A stretch of 64,000 nt of DNA from a virus (lineage: Duplodnaviria; Caudoviricetes). The translations under genes were made by a program, and so were the position numbers. Positions 56,411-64,000 of the stretch are shown here, piece by piece. Numbering within the stretch: the stretch's first letter is position 1; each line of letters begins with the position of its first letter. The notes under the pieces are model-generated. The model was given only the letters and a program-made list of their open reading frames with translations, was not told where the DNA came from and searched no databases. The stretch is taken from the IMG/VR virus record IMGVR_UViG_3300021959_007005; one strand, 5' to 3'.

Positions 56411-57495
56411 TACCAGCTGAATTTTATAAAACAAAATTAGACGCTTATAGTCAAAGATATCTATATCGTCAGTATGTACGTCAACGCACAGCCCAAGATG
56501 AAAAATTTGTATTTTTTATTGCTACCACTGATCGGGATGCTCCACCAGGTAGATACGTAAATTCTAATAAAGGATTATTTAATTGGTTAGATGATATTAT
56601 ATTGCCCTTGGAAATAATACAAAGTGTACATAATAAAAAGTGTAGTATAATAATAGATGATTCTATAGAAGGTTTTGAAACAGAATGGGTACATCCTGGT
56701 ATTTGTAATTTTTTAAATAGAAACCAAATATCCGGAGAACAAGTTTATTATGTTACAGGTAATACAGGATTTAATTCAGTTACTGAATACAATGTAATAA
56801 AAGATCATTTTGTAGTTGAAGTCGCGAATCAAAATTGGGATAAAATGCACACAGATACTGTGAGTCAGATATCACAGCAACGAGCATCACAGGATTGGCT
56901 TTTTGAATTTATCTGTTTACAACAACGTCCTCGTGATTTTAGAGTAACACTTAGAAACAAACTAAGAAATTTGTATACAACACAAACAAGTGTTTGTACT
57001 ATGAAAACAGGAACCCCTGGCGAATACATATACGATAGCGATTGGATAGAAAGTAATCCGCTGGATTCAAAGTTACAAAGTGTTTATGAATGGTGGGAAA
57101 TAGAACCTAATAACTTTGCACGTAGTAAGGTTGCAGTGGTAAGCGAGTGCAGTTATCAAGGATTAGATAAGAAGTTTGTTACTGAAAAAACTTTAAAAAA
57201 TTTGCTATTCCCTCAACCTTTTGTACTATGCGGGCATCAGCATCAGATTCAGGAACTTCGTAATATTGGATTTAATTTCTACGATAATATCGTAGATCAC
57301 AGTTATGACGCACAAGATGATACCACACGTATGGATTCAATGATAAAAGAATTAGATAGGTTAATTAACAAACAAGTATTGTTAGATGAATGTCTTGAAG
57401 TGGTTAATCATAACAAACAAGTTGCAAATTTATATAAGCCTTACAAAACAGCATTAGAAATGATATACTATGACACAGATAACCTTAGCATTTAG
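56407..57495 (+). CDS. Glycosyltransferase-like protein (GT10-like C-terminus)
   Basis: FVTEKTLK...PFVLCG...GFNFYDNIVDHSYD. Confidence 0.55.
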   Translation: MIPAEFYKTKLDAYSQRYLYRQYVRQRTAQDEKFVFFIATTDRDAPPGRYVNSNKGLFNWLDDIILPLEIIQSVHNKKCSIIIDDSIEGFETEWVHPGICNFLNRNQISGEQVYYVTGNTGFNSVTEYNVIKDHFVVEVANQNWDKMHTDTVSQISQQRASQDWLFEFICLQQRPRDFRVTLRNKLRNLYTTQTSVCTMKTGTPGEYIYDSDWIESNPLDSKLQSVYEWWEIEPNNFARSKVAVVSECSYQGLDKKFVTEKTLKNLLFPQPFVLCGHQHQIQELRNIGFNFYDNIVDHSYDAQDDTTRMDSMIKELDRLINKQVLLDECLEVVNHNKQVANLYKPYKTALEMIYYDTDNLSI

Positions 57496-58450
57496 TGAAT
57501 TGCCAAGATCAGAGTTTGATAATACTGATCCCAATGGCTCTAGCCAACTTACAACTAGTGCTGACGAAATACTCGATAATCAATTACATTCTCTAAAAAC
57601 TATTAAATTCAATGTAGTAGATACTGAATATTCACGTATATTTTTAGACCAATGGGAACGTACAAAAACCGTTGACAATACAAGATCAATTATATACAAT
57701 GTATATGAGGAAATCAGTAAAGAACAATTAGTTGTTAACCAAAAAGAAATGTTGGCAACAATTGAAACTATCACAAAAAACTGGCCTGAATATCCAATTC
57801 CAGATGATATTGTAATCGTAATTAACGAAGATGATCAACAATTGGCCAAATTAAATGCATTGCATGAATATTTTGAAGACACAAGTCATGCTAACAATAG
57901 CAGTGAAAAAAATATCGAACTTTATAATCTATTAGAAAGAATAAATTACCTAGTTCATAAAATGGAAAGTGGCGCTAGTACGTCACCGTTACGACATACA
58001 GTTATTAGAGCAGATAGTAGAATTGAGGAACATTATCGTTTAACGACAGAAGACTATGCAAATTTTGAAGCTATTCAAAGTGGAATACTATACATTGACT
58101 ATGCTACTGTAGGGAAAGATTTTCATACATGTCGTGTCACCAATGACATTGAATTAGTTAAATTAAAAAAAGTAAGTCCACAAGAGTTTATTTTACCTAG
58201 TATGATTTTTACAGTAGAACATCGGGGACGACAAAATGAAAAATTCTACAAAGCTCGTAGTAGAGCAATGAAAAGGCATGCAGAGTACTGGGTCAACAAA
58301 AATAATTTGTCTGAATATATTGATGTTAATGATCCCAAGCATACGTACGGTCGTATACGATTGGGAGAACCTGTTAATGAAATAACTATAGATCAATTAA
58401 CAGATATAAATTCTACCCATCCGTATTTGTATGGGGCATATATCGAATGA
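57470..58450 (+). CDS. Hypothetical His/Glu-motif protein (paralog of 54863-55825)
   Basis: LNALHEYFED, ERINYLVHKME, LYIDYATVGKD. Confidence 0.7.
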   Translation: MTQITLAFSELPRSEFDNTDPNGSSQLTTSADEILDNQLHSLKTIKFNVVDTEYSRIFLDQWERTKTVDNTRSIIYNVYEEISKEQLVVNQKEMLATIETITKNWPEYPIPDDIVIVINEDDQQLAKLNALHEYFEDTSHANNSSEKNIELYNLLERINYLVHKMESGASTSPLRHTVIRADSRIEEHYRLTTEDYANFEAIQSGILYIDYATVGKDFHTCRVTNDIELVKLKKVSPQEFILPSMIFTVEHRGRQNEKFYKARSRAMKRHAEYWVNKNNLSEYIDVNDPKHTYGRIRLGEPVNEITIDQLTDINSTHPYLYGAYIE

Positions 58451-59751
58451 ATAATATGCTATGGGGTCCATTTACTGCAAATGGTCACGATTTAAATTCT
58501 AGTCGAATAGTATTGTTTCAAGAATATCAAAAGAATGTATTTGAAGCAATTCATACGTATAAAGAGCATTCTCATACTAAAATAGTACCTAATAGAATCA
58601 TATATTTTGAGTCTGCAAAAAGGCTTTTTGATTTCTTAGAGGATGAACAATTCTTAGGAGATCCAAAAACTCTTACATTTAGTATACCAAAAAATCATGA
58701 AGAACTAAGAACACAACGAATAGAAAAAGATAAGCGTACTTTTAATTCTCTACCGATAGAAGTTAGAGAAGCAATTAAAAACGAAAATACATTAGTATAT
58801 GTTGATCATTCAATTGAAGGTTGGGATAATATACTATTTGATCGTGTGTGTGAGATTTTTAATATACCGAAAGAAAGACTTGTTTGGATTACATCTATAT
58901 ATAGACTCCGTAACAAGCCTCCATTCACTGAAGTGAAATCTTTATACTATAATTTTTGGGAACACAATTTACACACTCACATAGCCCGTGATAAAAATAA
59001 TGAGCGTATGTTTGAACAGCAAATACAACACTCATTGGATTTAAAACCAAGACAGAAGTTATGTACTTCGTATATGCGTAGACGTAGACATGCCCGTATG
59101 ACTATGGCCATGTTATTAAAAGAGAACGATTTATTGAAAGATATGTATTGGTCACTGGGAACTCTAGTAGATGGTAATAGAAAGTTAAAAAGTGTATTAA
59201 AGCAATTAGATTATATAGTTAGTATTGTAGAAAAATCACATCCAGGACTATTGAACAAAGATACAATAGATTGGGCTTATTCGATTGATAAAAATATAAC
59301 ATGTGATGACAATACATTAGATACTAATTTAGCACTTGGGTTTTTAACATGGGAGCATATATTTGATACTAAATTTATGCTTGTCAATGAAACTATACCG
59401 GGAAATCTAGTACATAATACTTCTACGCTTAGGCCATTCTTATCTGAAAAAATTTATAAACCGTTTGCCGCAGGTCAAATGTTTTTAGTACACGGTTGTG
59501 CAGGAACAGTTGCAGCGATCAAAGAAAAAGGATATAAAACATTTGATGGATTTATAAATCATAGTTATGATAATGAATTATGTCCAACCACTAGAGCAAA
59601 CATGATAGCTAAGGAAATGAAAAGATTATCACAAATACCAGAAGATGTTTGGTTAAAGCATCTACGTGATATTGTACCTCAGTTAAGATACAACTATGAT
59701 CATTTTATTAATTGCAATCCTATAGTAACTACTAGTAATAATGGATGGTAA
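58447..59751 (+). CDS. Glycosyltransferase-like protein (paralog of 56407-57495)
   Basis: FLSEKIYKP...FLVHG...GYKTFDGFINHSYD. Confidence 0.55.
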   Translation: MNNMLWGPFTANGHDLNSSRIVLFQEYQKNVFEAIHTYKEHSHTKIVPNRIIYFESAKRLFDFLEDEQFLGDPKTLTFSIPKNHEELRTQRIEKDKRTFNSLPIEVREAIKNENTLVYVDHSIEGWDNILFDRVCEIFNIPKERLVWITSIYRLRNKPPFTEVKSLYYNFWEHNLHTHIARDKNNERMFEQQIQHSLDLKPRQKLCTSYMRRRRHARMTMAMLLKENDLLKDMYWSLGTLVDGNRKLKSVLKQLDYIVSIVEKSHPGLLNKDTIDWAYSIDKNITCDDNTLDTNLALGFLTWEHIFDTKFMLVNETIPGNLVHNTSTLRPFLSEKIYKPFAAGQMFLVHGCAGTVAAIKEKGYKTFDGFINHSYDNELCPTTRANMIAKEMKRLSQIPEDVWLKHLRDIVPQLRYNYDHFINCNPIVTTSNNGW

Positions 59752-59771
59752 GTAGTTAACAAAAGTAAACT

Positions 59772-60923
59772 CTATTTATTTTTAACACTTTCGCTGACTT
59801 TTTTCCATGTTTGATTTGTTTCAGTACCACAAAACATACTACATACTCTCAATCTTTTGTTTGTGATGTCATTATCTCGCCAATTGTCTGGCCAATCAGT
59901 TTGGAATATTTTACTATTAACAATAGACTCTAATGTGTTGTTATTCAAACTAATCTTATCACGGCCTCCACTGTTTACAAATTCTCTAAGTTGTACAGCT
60001 TCTGGCGTACCAGGTGCATATAATTTTCCTGCTGTCATACAGCAAGGAAATACCAAGCCTTCTGATGTTATAAAAATACTTCGCTTATTAAGTACTTGGC
60101 AATCAATACAAGTATTACCCAACTTAACTTCCCACTCATTCAATGGAGTTGATGCATTGTATTTAAATTTAACATGTTTGTTTTTTGTATCTGGATTTTG
60201 ATTACCGTCAACAATATCTTGAATTATTTCTGTATTATTAGACTTTCCATCAGGTGCATGAATACTATATAGGAAATTGTTTTGTTCATTGTATACACCA
60301 AAACTAGACTTTTTATTATTGTTAATCATTGTGTCTTCGAATCCAAATGCTTCCTTTGCATAAAATTCAGTGATTCCTATCTTCTCTGCTAGTTGTCTAG
60401 CTTCTTCAACTTGATGTTGGTTGTGTTTAAAAACTAAAAACTCCCATTTGCTATGACCCGGACCGCTAGCATAGCTTTCCATTGCTGTAATAATTTTATC
60501 CCATTTAGTGCCTCTTCTGTAGATCCAGTTTGTATTTTCTAAACCGTCGACACTAAATGTCAGATGTCCATTGGTATTAATTATCTCACTTAGCTCAGCC
60601 CAAAACTCAGGAGTTCTTCCGCTGGCGTTAGTATTCATAGTAATTTCTATTTTTGGATTAATGTCCTTTGTGTACCTTAGTATATCCAACAACTCAGGAT
60701 TTGTCATTGGATCACCATAGTTTCCACACAAACTAATACCTCTAAGATTTTTTAGAAAGTCTAGGTTAAACCAATCTTTGAACTGATTAAATGTAATGTA
60801 TGTTTCTACCATATTTTCAACTTTTTGTCCGCCAGAATATCTTCTGTTGCATATAGCACATAAAGCATTACACAAGCTGCTCGCTTCTAAATCTAAATAT
60901 TGGAGTTCATTGAATGTGTACAT
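59772..60923 (-). CDS. Radical SAM/SPASM(twitch) protein
   Basis: LCNALCAIC, CGNYGDP, IFITSEGLVFPCC. Confidence 0.88.
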   Translation of the reverse strand: MYTFNELQYLDLEASSLCNALCAICNRRYSGGQKVENMVETYITFNQFKDWFNLDFLKNLRGISLCGNYGDPMTNPELLDILRYTKDINPKIEITMNTNASGRTPEFWAELSEIINTNGHLTFSVDGLENTNWIYRRGTKWDKIITAMESYASGPGHSKWEFLVFKHNQHQVEEARQLAEKIGITEFYAKEAFGFEDTMINNNKKSSFGVYNEQNNFLYSIHAPDGKSNNTEIIQDIVDGNQNPDTKNKHVKFKYNASTPLNEWEVKLGNTCIDCQVLNKRSIFITSEGLVFPCCMTAGKLYAPGTPEAVQLREFVNSGGRDKISLNNNTLESIVNSKIFQTDWPDNWRDNDITNKRLRVCSMFCGTETNQTWKKVSESVKNK

Positions 60924-61788
60924 TTATTTTTTTCCAAATATTATCACTAGCAATTGAAGTACCTTCAGTGTTCCAATGTGCATCAGTATCTGAAAGCCAA
61001 TAGTTTCTAACATTGGGTAAAATGTATTTTATTTTTCTTAGGTTGCTAGATTGTTCTAATTTACTAAGTTGCTCACGAAATATGGAGGTATCTTGGTTAT
61101 TAAGCCAGTGTAAACATCTATCAGGTAACCAATAATAGATAGGTATATTTGTCGCACGTGATATCCAGTATAATCTTTTAACTGCTAATTGTAAATTTAT
61201 TAAATTTGTTACTGGTGTCACTTGGTATTGATAATAATGATCCCATTGTTGTTTCGCATACTTAAACACTTCTGGAACGCTGGAAGCCCGAATACGTTCT
61301 TTAGAAATACGATGATTAGGTACTAATTTTTCAACCCATTGATTGTTATTATCAAATATACTAATATCTGGCGTATCACCAATCTGTGTATACTCGGTAT
61401 TATAGTATATGGTATCTCTTAATCCATCAGTTAGTCCAACAAAAATCACAGGACTATCTTGATGTGTGTTTATCCATTGTTCTAATCTCATTAAAATATC
61501 GACATTACTAGATCCAGGATTAGCAAAATTAAGATAACAGTTCTTAGGGTCTAATTTAGATAAATTAGCGTCGATAGTTTCATTATGAGGTAAGCCTTGT
61601 CCAAATATAAAGCTATCTCCAAATAAAGGAATAACCAATCCTTCATTATTCACATATTTTGTTATGTCAGACCTAGTAGGCATATCATATTGCCAATTCT
61701 CTTCTGGGCATTGAGGACCGATTGGTAATCCCTTCGCTTGCCCGTTCCATTTAATATCTGAAAATATAGATAGCTTATTACTTTTCAT
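60907..61788 (-). CDS. SGNH/GDSL hydrolase-like protein
   Basis: FGDSFIFG, ANPGSSN, C-terminal DAH; start moved to MKSNKL. Confidence 0.7.
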   Translation of the reverse strand: MKSNKLSIFSDIKWNGQAKGLPIGPQCPEENWQYDMPTRSDITKYVNNEGLVIPLFGDSFIFGQGLPHNETIDANLSKLDPKNCYLNFANPGSSNVDILMRLEQWINTHQDSPVIFVGLTDGLRDTIYYNTEYTQIGDTPDISIFDNNNQWVEKLVPNHRISKERIRASSVPEVFKYAKQQWDHYYQYQVTPVTNLINLQLAVKRLYWISRATNIPIYYWLPDRCLHWLNNQDTSIFREQLSKLEQSSNLRKIKYILPNVRNYWLSDTDAHWNTEGTSIASDNIWKKINVHIQ

Positions 61789-62962
61789 TGAATTCTTCCA
61801 AAAAATCTTGTATGTTGTGTCCACGAATTTTATCAAGCCGCAGTGTATATTCTAACGCATGTTTCCATTTTTCTGGTCTGTCTGGACCGCCAAACATATT
61901 TGTTAACTCATTTACTTTGTACTCTGGAAAAGAGTTATGTAATTTTGTATGTACAAGATCTCGAATTTCCTTGGGAAGTACTGCTGGACTTAGAATAGCT
62001 GGATCGTATACATAGTTATGGTGTACCCATACTCCATGTTCTCTATGAAAGAAGTCATAAAAGTCTCCTAAAGTACTATAGTTCATAAAGCTCACGGTTT
62101 GTGTTACGTCTAGTTCAAAATCCTCTTGTTTAAGACGCAGGAAATTTTTCATTACATCGTCCCATTTGGTAGGATATCTAATATATTCATTTCTCTTACC
62201 CAAGTCATCTATACTACAACTAACCTTTACATGATCAAATTTTCTCCATAACTCAATAACTTTCTCATTCATTAATGTCATGTTAATATTGTACCATAGC
62301 TTAATATCAGTTTTGCCTAATTCAACAAGTCGTTCTAAGAACTTAAAGTGCTGTTTGATTAACATAGGCTCACCACCATTAATATAAAACGTTTTTACAT
62401 TATCACAATGTTTGAGTAAATCTTCCCAAAACTCTTCACGTTCCGGCCAACGAAAGCCTTGCATTGTATTATAATCAGTTAGTTTGAATGATAAACTATT
62501 TTGTAATTTGTCATAATCATTACGCCACTTACTACTACTTGCCGGATTGCATGTTCTACAAGCAACATTACAAGTATTACCCAGACGTAGCTCTACAAAT
62601 TCTAGTTGTACATCTTGTATGTAGCCTTGCGCATCAGTTGCTAATTGAGCTACATCTTGTGTATATTCGGGATAATTTTTTATTTCCTCTAGACGTTTAC
62701 TAGTCATACCTTTTGCTTCTTCGCTAAAACAACGCATACATGCTTTAGGCTTTTTACCTTCCAATACCTGCAATCTTGCTTGTTTAAATGTATCACTATT
62801 CATAGTATCATGTACAGTATCAACATTTAGATTAAAATACTTGTTGTCTGTTCTACTACTGCTGAGTGCCTGTCTGTGATCAGCAATACAACAATGAGTA
62901 ACGCCGCCGTGCGGGTGTGTTGCTAAGTGTTGAAATAACAGGGGGCAAAATGTATTACTCAT
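61778..62962 (-). CDS. Radical SAM protein with an N-terminal twitch domain
   Basis: FCPLLFQH...GGVTHCC, CMRC, TCNVACRTC, NGGEP. Confidence 0.9.
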   Translation of the reverse strand: MSNTFCPLLFQHLATHPHGGVTHCCIADHRQALSSSRTDNKYFNLNVDTVHDTMNSDTFKQARLQVLEGKKPKACMRCFSEEAKGMTSKRLEEIKNYPEYTQDVAQLATDAQGYIQDVQLEFVELRLGNTCNVACRTCNPASSSKWRNDYDKLQNSLSFKLTDYNTMQGFRWPEREEFWEDLLKHCDNVKTFYINGGEPMLIKQHFKFLERLVELGKTDIKLWYNINMTLMNEKVIELWRKFDHVKVSCSIDDLGKRNEYIRYPTKWDDVMKNFLRLKQEDFELDVTQTVSFMNYSTLGDFYDFFHREHGVWVHHNYVYDPAILSPAVLPKEIRDLVHTKLHNSFPEYKVNELTNMFGGPDRPEKWKHALEYTLRLDKIRGHNIQDFLEEFNEK

Positions 62963-64000
62963 AAAATTCCTCAAGCTCTGGCAAAATATCATTTAACGAT
63001 TCAGATCGTATTTCATCCAGTTTTCGAGACCAACTTACAAAGTAATTAAACTTATCTACTTTTTTATCTAGCAAAAATTTCTTGTATGCTTCTAACTGGA
63101 TAAAATGAGTGTCTGTAATATTATAATCTCGTATATACTTATCTACCTTTTGTAGTGCTATTTGTAATACAGAATCAGGCAATACTTGTGCCCTTAGATG
63201 TTCAGGAAATTGTACAATGTTAATAAAAAAATCATTTTTTGTTACCCATTTTTTATCAATACAATACTGAAAAAAATCAATGCAGTGTAATGCATTATAA
63301 GCACTAACAGTACAGTTTATTTTAAAATCAACTTCTGGACTAGTTGCTCTAAGATGCTCTATGTTATTCTCAATATCTTTCCACACTGTGCCACGACGAA
63401 TATATTCAGCATGCTTTCCGTAACCATCTAAACTTGCTTCTACTCTAACACTTTTAAAATGCTTCCATAGATCAATCACATTATGTTGTTTATATACGAG
63501 CTTGCTCAAATTACTGTTATAACTTAGTTCAATATCTGTTTTGTTATTTTCAATAAGATATTCTAAGATTCTATAGTGCTCATCCATTATTAATGGCTCA
63601 CCACCTGCAAAGTAAATTTTTTCAACAGTATCAATCCAAGTTTCGATATCATCCCAAATTTCTTCAATCGTATTTTTTACTCTCGTAATACGTGGCCAAG
63701 AGCCCTCGTTCATTTGTTCCCATTCGTCCTTCCACATACTACTAAAGTCTGGTCCACAGCTTCTACACTTAAAATTGCATATGTTACTAAATCTTATATC
63801 CATATACGACATATCCACTTGTTCAACGGTGCCATCAGGCAATGTTGAATCGATATTTAAAAATTTATGGCTAAATGATTTGTTCATATGTTGGCGCATA
63901 CTAGTACTACCAAAACGTTCTGTTTCAAAACATTTATTACATGCAGCATGTTTTTTATTTGCCAACATTGTTAAACGTAATTCTTTCATACGCTCACTGT
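62955..64000 (-). CDS. Radical SAM protein with an N-terminal twitch domain, 5' end outside the window
   Basis: CNKC, DIRFSNICNFKCRSC, FAGGEP; the frame is open to the window edge. Confidence 0.88.
   Translation of the reverse strand, partial: SERMKELRLTMLANKKHAACNKCFETERFGSTSMRQHMNKSFSHKFLNIDSTLPDGTVEQVDMSYMDIRFSNICNFKCRSCGPDFSSMWKDEWEQMNEGSWPRITRVKNTIEEIWDDIETWIDTVEKIYFAGGEPLIMDEHYRILEYLIENNKTDIELSYNSNLSKLVYKQHNVIDLWKHFKSVRVEASLDGYGKHAEYIRRGTVWKDIENNIEHLRATSPEVDFKINCTVSAYNALHCIDFFQYCIDKKWVTKNDFFINIVQFPEHLRAQVLPDSVLQIALQKVDKYIRDYNITDTHFIQLEAYKKFLLDKKVDKFNYFVSWSRKLDEIRSESLNDILPELEEFYE

Noticed and set aside
309-63000. Many 60-180 aa antisense or alternative-frame ORFs in the track (e.g. 14844-15284, 16269-16811, 29461-29781, 53324-53833)
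   Set aside because: They lie wholly opposite or inside well-supported genes, and lack an RBS and recognisable motifs.
1-64000. Stop-codon reassignment or selenocysteine readthrough
   Set aside because: TAA, TAG and TGA all end genes cleanly, with ATGA/TAATG coupling, and no recognised protein is broken by an in-frame stop.
1-64000. CRISPR array, rRNA, IS/transposase, integrase, group I/II intron or intein
   Set aside because: By eye, no regularly spaced repeats and no such coding motifs. Intergenic gaps are all short.
1-64000. Cellular (bacterial chromosome) origin suggested by metK, neuB, ugd, rpe, thyX
   Set aside because: There are no ribosomal or housekeeping operons. T4-type RNase H, phage-style early and late promoters and runs of tiny hypothetical genes favour a large phage. 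No structural gene is in the window, so this remains an inference.

Overview
This is a 64 kb, AT-rich, densely coding segment of what is most likely a large tailed (T4-like or jumbo) bacteriophage, probably aquatic. The call rests on a T4-type RNase H, ThyX, a MoxR ATPase with a VWA-metallopeptidase partner, many short hypothetical genes, near-perfect sigma70 early promoters (TTGACA-N17-TAnnnT) and T4-like late promoters (ATAAATA). The standard genetic code fits. 1-8.5 kb: metabolic genes (QueE, MetK, SufT, PRTase, NeuA/NeuB), then a class II aminoacyl-tRNA synthetase paralog that has only the catalytic domain, followed 7 nt later by a 103-nt tRNA-Asn(GUU) with a long extra arm. 8.6-19.3 kb: early and replication-type genes. 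19.3-64 kb: a very large island of tailoring enzymes, with 14 twitch/SPASM radical SAM paralogs, a B12 radical SAM, 7 2OG-Fe(II) oxygenases (an eighth lies at 14.9 kb), 2 desaturases, SET, GNAT, PLP, QueC-like, methyltransferase, carbamoyltransferase, APS kinase, sugar-nucleotide and glycosyltransferase-like genes, plus an inserted ParB-like(DGQH)/HNH pair. The best candidates for a new system are the synthetase/odd-tRNA pair, the self-supported radical-SAM/oxygenase island, the DGQH+HNH cassette and the leaderless or palindromic late-promoter architecture. All protein calls come from motifs recognised by eye; no database search or folding program was run.
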